DNA of 63,230 nt, filler included, from Octopus bimaculoides (lineage: Eukaryota), in the NCBI RefSeq assembly GCF_001194135.2. It is 6 parts of 5 records of this genome, joined end to end, with 100 filler letters (N's around TTAATTAATTAA, not from the genome) between each part and the next. Parts side by side here need not be neighbours in the genome. Positions count along the whole stretch, not along the records: positions 8,397 to 23,130 come from NC_068985.1; 5 more parts are not named here. One strand, written 5' to 3'. Under the pieces are notes generated by a model. The model did no database searches, had not been told where the DNA came from, and saw nothing but the letters and a program-made list of their open reading frames with translations. Shown here piece after piece: positions 8,931 through 22,599 of this stretch. Numbering within the stretch: the stretch's first letter is position 1; every line of letters begins with the position of its first letter. The position numbers and the translations under genes are program-made.

Positions 8931-10892
8931 AGTCAGAAGTGAAAATGATGCACAGCACATCATGGCTAGCAATGTATAACAGTATCTGATGGTCTGGTAG
9001 ATCATGCAATCACATTATCGAAGATTAGAGAGGGTGAGCTACACCAAGTTAATGAAGGCATATTACTCTGTAAGCCTCAAACTGAAGCTTGTAGTCAAAC
9101 ATTTCTATTCCAACTTTCTAGAACAATTTACATAACTTTATTTTACATAAAAGAGGAAAAAATGTAAAAGAGATATCATTTATAAAATGATGTACTTTAA
9201 GTAATAAATGTAGTCTTGTAAGGAATCCCACGGCTACATTAATATTTAAACGGAATAAAATATTTGTGAAATGCTAAAAAGAAAAATGAGTCAAGGAAGC
9301 AGACCACTGATAGATATTAAGAACATGGCAAAAGAAATGAAGAGGAAAAAGGTTCTGTGAGTTCTTCAATGCAAATGTTCTTAGAATTTAAAGCATATGT
9401 TCCAATTTACCAACCAACCAACCAACTAAACTGACTGGTAACTTACTATTCCAGATCCTCATGACAACTAAAATGAGTTTGCATTTAGAAGAAAATGAAT
9501 TAGGCATATACTTTTGAATATGACGTCTCTCCATGTGGTGAGGAATATCACTCTCTGTTTGACTATGAATCAGAGACTTGGAGATGAGTCACTGGAATAT
9601 TCATAAGCAGAAATTAAAACATACTATTTAGGATTACTATTATACAGATGTTAAATTTATGGCTACAATTTCATAGAAGTTGAAAGAGACTCTTCTCGTA
9701 TGTAACTTCCAATTTACACTGGATGAAAGTTAGTTAACGTTCTGCTATATTCGTTTGATAGCTTGAGGTCTTCTGAGTTCTAGGGCTGATTAAAAACCAG
9801 GATGTTGAGGGCTACACTATAAACTGGCTGTCCTACTAGCTAAATACTATTTTCTCAGTTATTGGTAGCAAGCTACATTATAAGCTGACTTCAGAGATAA
9901 CATGCAATTAAAACTTTCACCTTTAGCCATCTTAGAATTCATATGAAGAATTCATAGATCTGCTATTTTTCTGTCTGCATTCATTTATTATTTTCTGTTG
10001 GCACAATTAAATAAAAAGATGATCAATTAGAGTTGAATAATATTGTCATGAAAACACTATTAATTTATTACAGTCCTATTGGGAATAAATATGCATATCA
10101 CAACCATGCTTGGCAATTTGTCTGTGACAGAACCATCACAGACAGTTGACACATTTCAAGAGACGGCAACTCAATTAAAAAAAAAGACAAAAAAAACCCC
10201 AATAAAACAACAAGAAAAACATTAACTCAAGTTGGCACCACAGACAGTATTGACATCTAGCACCATTTATAAAGGTTTTCCTAATATTTGACCAATAGCG
10301 GTGGCTGATCAACTAATTTCCCAGATGGATGGATGGCATGAAGTAACATGAAATGCTGTCGATTACTCAGAGCTCAACACTGGCATTAGATATCAAGAAG
10401 AGTGTGAGAAGATCAATAGTTTTGTGAAAAACTTCCAATATCTATGGTGGTAGATTGAATGTAGAAGTTAATACTTGTAAGCTGGCAAAGACTTGAATTT
10501 ATCACTTATTTATGTCTATTGTTTCCAGTGGATCACCAAGGCTAGAAAAATTGATGACAATGCTAAAATATATTGATCTTGTTAACAGTATTGTGCTCAC
10601 ATTTATGCATATTTATAATTATGAATATGATTGAAGCATTACGTTTTTGATTAACAAGTCACTGGATGATATGGTGTTTATTGATATATAAGCAAGTGAA
10701 TAAATGCAGAATAAGTTTGCATGACAGCTCCAAGGCCTGTTTTCCATGTTTTCATTTATTCATATGTTGCACTGGTCATTAGGGACTAATAGAAGTTCTA
10801 AGTAGTTTCTCAGTAGGACAAACACTGATTGACTACTGGTGCCAGTGCAAATTTTCTTAAAATCAAACTTCATGAATGTATTGTTTCCTGTC

Positions 10893-11059
10893 GGCATAGG
10901 CGTGGCTGTGTGCTAGGAAGTTTGCTTCCCAACTGCATGGACCTGGGTTCAATCCCACTGTGTTGCACCTTGGGCAAGTTTTTTCTACTATAGCCTCAGG
11001 TAGACCAAAGCCTTGTGAGTAGATTTGGTAGACGAAAACTGATGGAAGCCCATTGTATA

Positions 11060-11099
<40 letters not shown>

Positions 11100-11412
11100 C
11101 ACATATATATATATATAAATATATATACATACATACATATATAAAAGAATATATATATATATATGTATGTATGTATACAGTATGTCTGTGTGTGTGTGTG
11201 TGCACAAACACATGTGTTTGTGTCTGTGTTTGTCCTCCACTACACCACTTGAGAACCATGTCTTTGTAACTTAGTTGTCCAGCAAAAGAGACTAATAGAA
11301 TAAGTATCCGGCTTACAAAAATAAAGATATAAATCCTGGAGTTGATTCATTCAACTAAAATTTCTTCAAGGAAGTGCCCCAGCATGGCCACAGTCTAATG
11401 ACTGAAAAAAGA
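10893..11412 (+). mobile_element. Major tRNA-derived SINE (family A) with central TA/TG microsatellite
   Basis: Head GGCGTGGCTGTGTG..GGGTTCAATCCC; CACCTTGGGCAAG; central (TG)n(TA)n; 3' CCAGCATGGCCACAGTCTAATGACTGAAA. Confidence 0.8.
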
Positions 11413-12805
11413 CATCTGGACCGTTTCTATATCTCATTGCTGCCACGTCAATGAAGCTCTCTTTTCGATTTATGTTAAAGTTAGATGTATTGTGTTCAGT
11501 TTCTTCTATGATTTCAAAATTCTGTACCAAATCAGCATATTTGCAGGAATGAAATTTTCTCCAAGGCTGCAAATCCAGGTCCAGAATTCCTATTTGTGCA
11601 TCAATCAAATTAGTTACATCCAATAATGGGAAAGTAATGTTTCAAATCAGTCCAAAAATGTTTCTACACTCATTCATTTTGGCAATGAAGTTTTTCAAGA
11701 GGATGGTCAAAGCATGTTCATTACCCCACCACCCCATTTTTAGTGGGGGGGAGGTGCTCTTGCACTGCCTGTTCCTGAACCGATGCCAAATAAGGGTAGG
11801 AACTGTTATTGTTACTTCTGTTAAATACCATCCAATAAGTAGGGAGATATTTTTTCCATTTTATCTTTGTTTGGCTAATTAATTATCTAAGAATCATGAT
11901 ACAATTAGGTATGACTCTAATTAACACTTCAAACAACTTTGTTACTGGTGCTTAATACTGGGAGATTAAAACCAATAAAATGTTAAGTTGTCTTTTGTTG
12001 AATCTGAACACAGAACAGTGACATACTAAAGAAAATATTGTAAAGACCTGCTCCTTGTCATTCATTATTGCACTTTCCCCCTCCCCCCAGAAGGCTACTT
12101 TGCACTTTACTTCTGACTATTTTGAGCTTGTTATTTGCTTCTTTTTATGTGTGTCTCCTGATTATTCAAGAAACGCTTCTGATCACTAAGTCCTCCTCTG
12201 CCCAGGCCCATGCAGTTTACCCTGCGCTCATCCTTCCATCAACCCTTTTGTCCCTTACAATTGAATCCTACTCTAAACACTTTACTAAACTCTTCCTTCC
12301 CTGGGCATAAACCCACAGGTATTTCCTCACCATTGGCATTTTACCATGTTGGAACTGAACATCGATAATCTTCCTAGTCTGATAAAAGAGCCTGAATATG
12401 AGAAAATCACTACTACTACTACTACTACAACTTCTCCTTCTCTTGTTAGTCTATAAAAAAAGAAAATCTAAAGCAACACAGTTATTGTGGCAAATAACCG
12501 ACAGCTGCTAAGTAGTTTAGTAATTGGGTTCGCTCAGTTAAAAGCAGGGTTCAACAACTCCAGCATCATCCACAACAATAATCATTTCACTCAGATAAAT
12601 GGCCAGCCTCTTTGGAAATAACATATACCTATTAACATTAGTGACGTGGAAACAAATTAAACACATACAAAAGAAAATAAATGATACAAGCCTGCATGTG
12701 GTCATTTGAACTGCTAGAAACAGTAGCCAGACCAGACTTAATTCACACCTACCAATTTAAAAGGAAAAGGAACATTGGATAGTGCAGTCCTAGATATATC
12801 ATTCC

Positions 12806-13034
12806 TCAACCCTTTAGCATTTAAAGCAGCCACATCAGACCTAAATATTCTACCTGTGTTATGTTCAAACTAGTGAAATCCAGCCTTTCACACCTACCCT
12901 GCAATGCCATTCTAAAACATAAACCATTACATCATTGAAATCTCAAAACTATGAGATAATACATAATTATTTCAAAACAGTGTAAATGAATAATCATTAC
13001 ATAGGACAGAGTAAGCTGAAGGCTAAAGACTTAA
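12806..13034. mobile_element. Putative TTAA-type (piggyBac-like) MITE
   Basis: TCAA-CCCTTTAGCAT at the left end and AGGCTAAAGAC-TTAA at the right end: degenerate TIRs with TTAA-like flanks. Confidence 0.45.
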
Positions 13035-13487
13035 ACAAGGATAGAATAAAACGGTTGGAACTGAGGCCTCTTCACAGTTAGCAACAAATATTTGAACTGT
13101 GGAGAAATATCATTGATGACACCATTGAAAGATTGTCTTACATTTAGAATACAACTAATTCATTTGGGAAAGGAACACCCTTCATTTGTATTCTTGTCTA
13201 CATCCAGGAACACTTTCAATAATTAATATCCTTCACTACTGAACCATCATCATGTCCTCTTAATTTTCCTTCAACTAGTTTGACCCGTTCTGCTGATCTC
13301 CATAAATTACTGACTGTTTTTGGCTTGTGGAAGTGATTCTCTTTGGTTGCTCAAACTGTTATACAATGAACAATAAAACTCCCTTTCCATCTGAAAAGCC
13401 ACATCATGTCGTTTCAAAAAAGAAAAGAGTCATTCGATAATGTTGTCTTATCTAGACATCTTCACCCCATCATCAGTGAAGAAGGTG

Positions 13488-13740
13488 CATGGCTGGGTGT
13501 TTAAGGTAGCTGGTTCATAATCGAAAGATTGTCAGTTTGATTCCTAGCAGTATACTATGCCCTTGAGCAAGACACTTTATTTTACATAGCTCCAGTCCAC
13601 TCACCTGGCAAAAATGAGCTGTACCTGTAATTAAAAGGGGCCAGCCTTGTCACATTTTGTCATGCTGAGTCTCTCTGTGTCTGTGGAGCACTCAGCCGCT
13701 TACACATTAATTTCGTGGTCAACTGATCATCAGAACCAAT
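13488..13740 (+). mobile_element. tRNA/CORE-like SINE family C
   Basis: Homologous to 15107-15420 (CCTTGAGCAAGACACTTTATTT...CACCTGGCAAAAATGAG...AAAGGGCCA). Confidence 0.7.
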
Positions 13741-15106
13741 AGAGTGCCAATTATCCCTCACTAAAAAGACAGGATGGTCACAGTCAGAATGTCTTTGATC
13801 AAAGATCTTCCCAGTTAAAGCTGTTCTTAAGCTAAACAGCAATTACAGACTCTGTTGCAACAGAGACTTACCATTCTCGCAGAGGTCTGTGTTGTAAATG
13901 CTTCGTTAGAACCAATCTTCTGTGTCATAAAGAAAGACAATTGTTCCTAATGATTTCGTTAAGGAACACAAGTGGACTTTGGTGAACAGAAAGGAAATGG
14001 ATGTCGAGTGGTGAGTATCCAGAACAGAAGCATAAATTGTGGGCTTATATTTCAACGTAGTTGGGCCTCACTGATAACATGGCACCAACAGAACAGGAAT
14101 TCCAACCAAGTTTCGTGGGTTGCTACCTCAACAGCTCCTTTATAGGATCCAGTGGCTAAGGACATCATCAGGAGGAACCACGTTCGGTTTCGGCCCCTAC
14201 TCGTCTACCGTTTTCAACATGGCATCCCCCACAACCCCGTTTCAGAGGTGTTTTCAGCTCTGGAATTGAGTGCATTTATTTTCTTTGGCCTTTTGTTCTT
14301 TGGTTTCTTTGATGCAGCATCGACGAACATCAGCGAGTAATTGTGAGGCAAAATCATAGGAAAATGCCGCAGTGACTGTTGCTTCTGTTGTTTCCTTTCA
14401 TTGTTGCTGCTGTTGCTGATGATGATGATAATGATATGGCCACTACTGTCAATAACAACAACAACAACAACGATGACGATGGCGATGACGATGATGATGA
14501 TGATGTTTTGTAATTCTGATTTCTAATCTAAATTAAGAGTGGTGGAAACCTGCAAGTTTTTCACCAGCCTAGCATCGATGGAAGTTGTGTGTAACATCAG
14601 GAGAATTCCTGATCTGTGAATTTCTCATATTTATAGTAAATTATGTATGGAAATGGAGTTTAGAGACTGATTGAGTCAGACGAAGATCATTATTAAATAT
14701 AAAATAAGTTGATTCTATCTAATGAAAAGGTTTTATTGACATTAATTATTACTTACCTTCAAATGGATGATCACATATTAGAGAGAAATTTTGTGCAGAG
14801 GAAATGGCCAACGGTGAAAAAGGTGTTAATATTTTTTTTGAATGGCTCTGAAGAGAATGATAAATTATTTGATAGGAGTGAAACTGTCCAGCACTAAATT
14901 AGCATATCAAGTGTTGTGGTGTCCTCTGAATAGTCATTTGTAGAAGTGAATTAACTTGATATGTAAAGGTGTGGAGTTGAGATGGTTGAGTAACCAGTAA
15001 AATTTCTCAAAATAGACAATAATCAATGTCTTTATGTCTTATTTACAAAACTACACGAAATGCACAGAATGAGCTTACGTGTCCAATTCCCTGTTTCCCT
15101 GTTGAA

Positions 15107-15420
15107 GGGCATATGGCCAAGTGGTTAGGGTATTAGGTCAGGATCATAAGGTTGTGAGTTCGATTCCTGGTGGCACGTTGTGTCCTTGAGCAAGACACTT
15201 TATTTCACGTTGCTCCAGTTCACTCACCTGGCAAAAATGAGGTGTACCTGTAATTCAAAGGGCCAACTTTTTCACATTCTGTGTCATGCTGAATCTCCCT
15301 GTGAACTACGTTAGGGGTACACGTGTCTGTGGAGTGCTCAATGACTTGCACGTTAATTTCAAGAGCAGGTTGTTGTGCTGATTGGACCAACTGGAACTCT
15401 TGTTGTTGTAACTGACCTAG
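15107..15420 (+). mobile_element. tRNA/CORE-like SINE family C, near full length
   Basis: A box TGGCCAAGTGG, B box GAGTTCGATTC, then GTGTCCTTGAGCAAGACACTTT, which resembles the CORE domain. Confidence 0.75.
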
Positions 15421-16273
15421 GGTCAGTTTTTTAATTCTATCTGACAAGATCTGAAGGCAGCTTAATAGCAGCAACAACAATAACCACAATATTAAAGACA
15501 ACAAGGCAAATCATTTTTGTCTCAGTTAAAGGTTTAGAAATAGAACAACTTAAATACATCCGCAAAACACTGGCTTTATTTTACTTCACATTTAATCTCA
15601 TTTTTTTGTGTTAAGTAACTAAAAACCAGAGAACCTTTGAAACAAGCAGAAGTCATTGAGTGAAGTTAGTAGAAATTAACAGAAAGATAAAAGGAATTTG
15701 AGAAAGGAAAGTAGCAAATGAAATATCGATATCTTGGTACTAAATAACCATTCAATAAAATATTGTAAATTTAACTTAACAAGGGGTATTTCTATTGGAC
15801 ACACGGCTTTATTCTAGAAAACAAAAATATTATTATCAAATTATTTTTCCTCAACACATCATTGCTCTTGTACTGAGAATCACAGAACAATAAGTTCTCT
15901 TTTTAGTGGACATTATCATTTCTGTTGAAACTGATGCTCTTTGGAATTCTCAAGACAGCTGAAGAGAAGGAGGTCTTCAAAGAAGAGACCCACTGAAACA
16001 AGTGTTTCAGCCCTGAACTTCTTACACCAGGCCACACCCAGGTCCTGACCCCTGGGTGCCCTTCTGCTGACACTTTTTAGCCACTTGGATATCAGAGGCT
16101 TCTGCATTTAAACCCCTTGGAAATTTCATCTAGTTGTTACTCCTCACCATTGACTCAGCTTTCAGACTCAAACTCGAAGGGGAAATAATGTTGGTTGTCA
16201 TGGTCACAGGGAAAAGCTAACTCCACCACAATGACTCACCCGGAGTTACTTCCCTTAACATTAAAATACAAAA

Positions 16274-16830
16274 TTATTGCCTTGAAATGGTTTGGTGGTC
16301 ATTTTTGCTGCTCCTTGACCAGATCCACCTGGAACATCTCTCCACTGTCTCTGATATTGCCTTTAGAGACTTGATCCTGTCCATCCCAGAGACCGAGAGT
16401 TGTTTCATTAGACTGCGAGCAGATTTGCCTGCTAAGCCTCTGGTTCCAAGCTCTATAGTCAGAACCTTGATCTGGAAGTTGGCTTTCCTCTGGTTATTGG
16501 CCAAACTGGAGTATTTTCCAGTCTTGAACACATGTGCTTCATCTATTCTACTTTCAAATGGCAAGGCGAGTTCAATCAAAATCAAAGTGGAATGAAAAAT
16601 GGATATCCAGCCTCCGGCCACCCTACCTCAGGAGACTTTATTTTCATGCTCCATATCGTATGGCTGTTCTTGGCCATGATATGCTGCCTACTTCTGTGTA
16701 GAATGTTGTTGGAAATCCCACAAGTCATTCCAGCTGAGATGCCTCTGGGATGCAAGAACTACCAAACATATCCTCAGATACCTTTTCCACTTTGTATTTG
16801 CATCTTGTTAGATGCTCCTTTGTTATGTTC
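16274..16830 (-). mobile_element. 3' remnant of an R2-superfamily (restriction-like endonuclease, Hero-like) non-LTR retrotransposon
   Basis: LILIELALPFESRIDEAHVFKTGKY...TIELGTRGL...AISETVERCSRWIW resembles the REL domain (RPD...ELTVPWE...KY...EVGCRG...SRWLW). A decayed zinc-knuckle region lies upstream. Confidence 0.65.
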
Positions 16831-17316
16831 ACCATTTGAAATATAGCAAACAGAAAATTATACCTAATGATGGTATCGGTCCAAAAAATGTAATATAAAA
16901 TCAAATACAAAATTAATACAAGCGTAATAAAATCTTAAGATCCATGGAAAGAAGTTAAATTCAAAGCAGCAATTAAAATCTTGTTTCAACTACAGTAAAT
17001 ACAATGCTATATCGTTGCTCTTTAAATTTTATATTGCATATATTAGGGCTGAAGAAGCTGTATCAATCTCAGTGAGTTTTCTAACATAATCAGACCAAAG
17101 TATTATGTTCAGGTAACAACTACAGCTTTTTGAAAAGCTGAATTTTAGTCGACGGAAAAGAAGTGAGGGAATTCTAGAGAATTTCAGTTATGGAGAGGAA
17201 GGATTGTGAGGTTGTGGCTCGTGCAACAAAGTGGGAGCTGATAAAGTTAGAAATAAGAAAAGAAATTAGAAAAATCACTATTTTTAAATGTCACGAGAGA
17301 TATTCAGTAACAGTAC

Positions 17317-17735
17317 TTTGGAGTAAAGATTGTCTGCCAACGTAACATGGCAGTCCTGGTTTGGGACGAATGTTGCTGTAATTTAGCCCCAGGAGACATC
17401 GTCTCCAGCTGGCTATACGACACAATCTGTGTCCTTATATTGTGATTTCTAGGTTATTTCCCTTCATCAGCACAGAATAATTGCCAAACTGGCAGTGCCA
17501 TTTCTAGCTGAACAATTATTCTGTGCTGATGAAGGGAAATAACCTGGAAATCCCGATACACAGATATTGTTTTGAGCTGAGTGGGGGTGCTAGATTCCCT
17601 TGTTCTAAAATATAAGGACACAGATCGTGTCGTATAGCCAGCTGGAGACGATGTCTCCTGGGGCTAAATTACAGCAACATTCATCCTAAACCAGGACTGC
17701 CATGTTATGCTGGCAAACAATCTTTACTACCAAAA
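17317..17735. repeat. Palindromic element (arms ~17317-17483 and ~17513-17735) containing a decayed hammerhead-like motif (family 4)
   Basis: The arms are reverse complements (AAAGATTG...CATGGCAGTCCTGGTTT...CTTCATCAGCACAGAATAATTG vs CAATTATTCTGTGCTGATGAAG...AAACCAGGACTGCCATG...CAATCTTT). The right arm has a ~55-bp extra segment. Confidence 0.8.
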
Positions 17736-18314
17736 GAAGAAAGTTTGGCACATTTAGAGACTTTATTTGCATGGGGTGGCAAAGAGCACATTCAGAAGAG
17801 CAGAGCATGAAGATATAGGCTGACAATAAGTGGATGTGTAATTTCAGAGCATAAATGAAAGAAGATTTGCCAATCAGTAGAGTATCATTTATTTTATTGA
17901 AATGTAGAAGATATAAATATGCAGTGCATTCACTCTGTAGAATAATAAACTAAGACTAGTGCTGGTGCCACATAGAAAGTATTCAGTACACTCTACCATG
18001 TAAAGTGGTTGGTGTTAGGAATGGCATTGAGAAGTAGGAACCAAAACAGGGAATATTTGTGATTGAATATTATCAGTGAGTAGAGGGTAAGCAATAAGTT
18101 CATGCTGTGAAATAACCTTCATGTGGATTAGATGAACTTCACCTCTAGTGTGGTTCCTGGCATTGCCGGCTCCTTTCAAACCATCCAACATATGACAGTG
18201 TTGAAGACTGATGTTAAATGATGATGATGACGATGACGGCGGCGATCTAGGAGCTTGTAAAATGTCAGCTGCTGTTTTAAAGCAGTAGGAAATATGATAG
18301 AATATTGGTAAAAT

Positions 18315-18354
<40 letters not shown>

Positions 18355-19553
18355 TGTGTGTGTGTGTGTTTGTGTCTGGACATGTGAAAATTGTCATGGA
18401 TTATTAAAGGAATATTTGTGATTGAATGTTATCAGTGAGGGAAAGCAATTGGTTCATGCTATGAAATATCCTTCATGTGAATTAGATGAACTCCATCCCT
18501 ACATTATATAAGTCAGCCTCACTCATCCATGATATGCTCAATCTGTCTGTTAGTCACTCTGCTTTATTATAATAAAACGGCTCTTATCCTTATTCATCCA
18601 TTTGAAAGTAACTAAACTACCAGGGAAAACACTGAAACACACGACTCTGTCAATAAGTGAGGCATTAAAACCCACAACAAAATAATGGTAAGTGCTCTTA
18701 GATTCTTTAGAAGTCAAAGCAACGTTATGTTTGTTTTTTTTCTCTTCAACACAGCAATGATCAATCTATTTTAATGAGTCAATAAGTTCAATCTTTTACC
18801 TATATTTGGTAAAAACAGAAAAGCTGCTAAGAAATGATGCATCCATTCTGTTTCGTGATTGGAATACATATACACAGAAAAGTTATAAACACACACACTT
18901 ATGTGAAATAAATAAATGAAAATAATAAATAAATGAAAAAAAAACACAACCACTGAAATGATAAAAGAAATATAAAAAAGCAAAGATAAAGCAACAAAAA
19001 GTTATAAAAATAAAACCTCCCTCTCTTGCCAGTACATTCAGTGGATGATAATAACTTCATGAATATTCAGAAGCTGTTGGTTTAGACGCTGACTCCTTCT
19101 ATATATTCCTGATATTGTATGGGAGTGGATGGATGGGAAGGTATGTCCATGCAGCTATGTTTATTTATGTATAAAAATAAACAGACATGTACATACATAT
19201 ATATATATATATATAAATATAAACACCACACACACATATATATATGTGAATGGGCGCATGTGTACACGTATGCATACGAGATATATATATATATATGCGC
19301 ATGTTTGCACAGGCATACACGTGAACACATAAATACAATACATACATATAGACACACATGCACACATATACACACTTGCATTAACATTGATGAAGATCCT
19401 GGTTTAGATCAATTCTGCTTTGATATTTACAGTCAATATTTCCTTGATCAGAACATAAAATATACGTTGCAAAACTTTTTGGTATATCTTTCTGTTTAGT
19501 TTATTTATTATCACACACATTATCATGCAATTATTATTATTATCATCATTATT

Positions 19554-19603
<50 letters not shown>

Positions 19604-20462
19604 CATAGTCGTCAACGTCGTTGTCGCCATTGACACTGCCATTGTCGTCGTCGTCATCATTATTACAATTATTTATTTATTTATTTATTTCCTTATTCTA
19701 TTTTAGGAGAGATAGTGGAGGGATCTATGAGTTTTTATTGTCACAAGAATTAAATGAAAACAAAAATTTAATAATAAATAAATAGAAATAAATACACAAA
19801 ATAATTTTAAAAAAAACAACAGAACAGTAAGCTAAAGTAGAAAAAATATGGTAAAGAAACATGAGAATCAATTTGAAGATGAAAAATAAAACAAAAAAAT
19901 TAATGTAAAAATCCTTCACCAGAATCTCTTGTATCTTCCATGTTTTCAATAAAAATCCAAAAAGCAAAATAGAGACACCATTTCATTGCTTGTAAGTGTA
20001 GCCAATGTTTTGCTGAATCTCTCTATAAATTTGTTGAAAAATCTTGCCCCTAATTGACATTAATGAGAATGTTTGAATAAAGTCTAATGGAGTAGGGTAG
20101 TGGCTATTTGAAGGAAGGGTGAAGTGTGGAAGAAAATGGAGAAAACATGAGATGTAGCGAATGTGAAGGCTGAAGGAAATAAATGTGTGGGAGTCACGAA
20201 GAATGGTGAATAATATGATAGAATGGAAGGGAAATAAGAGGGAAATTGTAAGGCCAAACTTGTACAAAAACCAAAATGTGTATGTCTGTATACACATACA
20301 CACATTTTCACACATGTGAACACATACACATGCACACAAACATGTGTGTGTGTGTGTGCATGTGCATGCATATACAGCAAACCTCCATATTATAGAAGAG
20401 TTGTGTTCTTGAAGACTTTTCCACAACATAGAATTCAGTAATGTGAAACCTCTTCCATTGAT

Positions 20463-20609
20463 ACATTATTTACATCATTTACATTTGATGGATATTTGTC
20501 CTCATCTTGTTTGTTGTTAACACGTTTCGGCTGATATACCCTCCAGCCTTCATCAGGTGTCCTGGGGGAAATTTCGAACCTGGGTTCTCATTCCTACGGC
20601 ATTTTTCGA

Positions 20610-20661
<52 letters not shown>

Positions 20662-20675
20662 GTTATTATTATTCT

Positions 20676-20737
<62 letters not shown>

Positions 20738-20804
20738 TCACTGCTTGGAATCAAACTCAGAATCTTGGGGTTAGTAGCCCACGCTTTTAACCACTACGCC
20801 ATAT
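20463..20804 (-). mobile_element. Full-length copy of hammerhead SINE family 2 with expanded (AAT)n
   Basis: Head ATATGGCGTAGTGGTTAAAAGCGTGGGCTACTAACCCC; 3' GGACAC-CTGATGA-AGGCTG...CAGCC-GAAAC-GTGTT, with a 3-nt deletion at the cleavage site relative to the copy at 5893. Confidence 0.85.
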
Positions 20805-21466
20805 AGAACTGTACCCTTCCATTGGTTTTCATGTTATGAAATGAGAAGTGTTTCCATGATTCTACTTTGAAGAAATAGTGTACTTCCATGCATGAAAATG
20901 ACTGTTTTCAATTGAGTACTTTACAGTATGCACAGAACCGTATCAAGATAAATACATTATTGAATAAATACGAATCTTTGGTCTAGTTGTCAAGCCACAC
21001 ACTCAGGAGCCATTCCATATAAGTGTTGGATTAAACTTATGGATAACAATGCTTAGGCATTTCATGAAATAACTGCTTGAAAAACTGGTTTAAGGCTGTC
21101 TTTACATTTATGTGCTGCTTTCACTGTAGAGCTTGCAAGATTTAAAGATATTTCTGAAAATTGGTTAAATTATTCTCCAACATCAAACTTTTGTAAATCA
21201 TGAAGTTTAAAATCGTTAGCAATCCTTTTATGACTTCTTTTTTTTACATGACTGTTTCCACTTCTATTTGGTGGCTTCTTTCTACTCCTTTTGAATAAGG
21301 ATAATGCAGTGTCCAGTTGATTGTATACATTTTCAAAAGTTAAACAGCAGCAGCAATAAGAAAATCTCACAGGAAATAAACATGAAAGCAAAACAGTCAC
21401 ATTGACATCCGACAAATCCACACAGAATACATATTATTTCAAAAACAATATTTGTTTTATATATTC

Positions 21467-21870
21467 AGGCGTAGCTGTGTGGTAAGAAACTTGCTTCCAG
21501 ACCACATGGTTCTGGGTTCAGTCGTACTATATGGAACCTTGGGCAATTGTCTTCTACTATAACCCCAAGCCAACCAAAGTTTTGTGAGTGGATTTGGTAG
21601 ATGGAAACTGAAAGAAGACCGTTGTCTGTATATATATGTATATATATATGTATATGTTTGTGTGGCTGTGTTTGTCCGCCACCCCACCATCACTTGACTA
21701 CTGATGTTGGTGCGTTTATGTTTCCATAAATTAGTGGTTTGGCAAAAGACACCGATAGAATAAGTACTAGGTTAACAAAGAATGAGTCCTGGGGAGAATT
21801 TGTTCATATAAAGGCGGTGCTCCAGCATGGCCTCAATCAAATGACTGAAACAAGTAAAAGAATAAAAGAA
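21467..21870 (+). mobile_element. SINE family A
   Basis: Same head, core and 3' end as 51837-52240. Confidence 0.8.
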
Positions 21871-21892
21871 TGCATTATTGTATGTACACTTA

Positions 21893-21934
<42 letters not shown>

Positions 21935-22567
21935 NNNNNNNNNNNNNNNNNNNNNNNNNNNNNNNNNNNNNNNNNNNNNNNNNNNNNNNNNNNNNNNNNN
22001 NNNNNNNNNNNNNNNNNNNNNNNNNNNNNNNNNNNNNNNNNNNNNNNNNNNNNNNNNNNNNNNNNNNNNNNNNNNNNNNNNNNNNNNNNNNNNNNNNNNN
22101 NNNNNNNNNNNNNNNNNNNNNNNNNNNNNNNNNNNNNNNNNNNNNNNNNNNNNNNNNNNNNNNNNNNNNNNNNNNNNNNNNNNNNNNNNNNNNNNNNNNN
22201 NNNNNNNNNNNNNNNNNNNNNNNATATATATATATATATATATATATAGGCACTGCTGTATAGTTGAGAAGTTTGCTCCTCAGCCATGAGGTTTCAAGTT
22301 CAATATCACTCTATGACACCTTAGACAAATGGTTTCTGCATAGCTCTGGGTTCATGAATGCTGTGTGAGTAAATTTGGTAGATGAATATTGTGTGGAGTC
22401 AAATTGTGTGTGTTTGTGTGTGTGTATATATATGTATATATGTATGAACACACACACACATACATACATATATCTGTACATATGCACACATAGGTTCATG
22501 GTACAATGCAAGTTATAGATCCAACAGAGGGATGATTCTAGGATTGGCATTTATATAAAACTAGAAC

Positions 22568-22599
<32 letters not shown>

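Noticed and set aside
11366-11623. 85-aa non-repetitive ORF (DVTNLIDAQIGILDLDLQPW...)
   Set aside because: No recognisable domain or clear splice sites; an upstream stop is close.
13872-13919. Possible 48-bp minus-strand micro-exon (CAG...GTAAGT)
   Set aside because: Splice-like signals only; the peptide has no cadherin or Rho similarity.
14165-14195. GAAAC...CTGATGA on the minus strand in type II hammerhead order
   Set aside because: The stems do not pair convincingly. It may be a decayed LINE 3' UTR; the surrounding frames are broken and unassignable.
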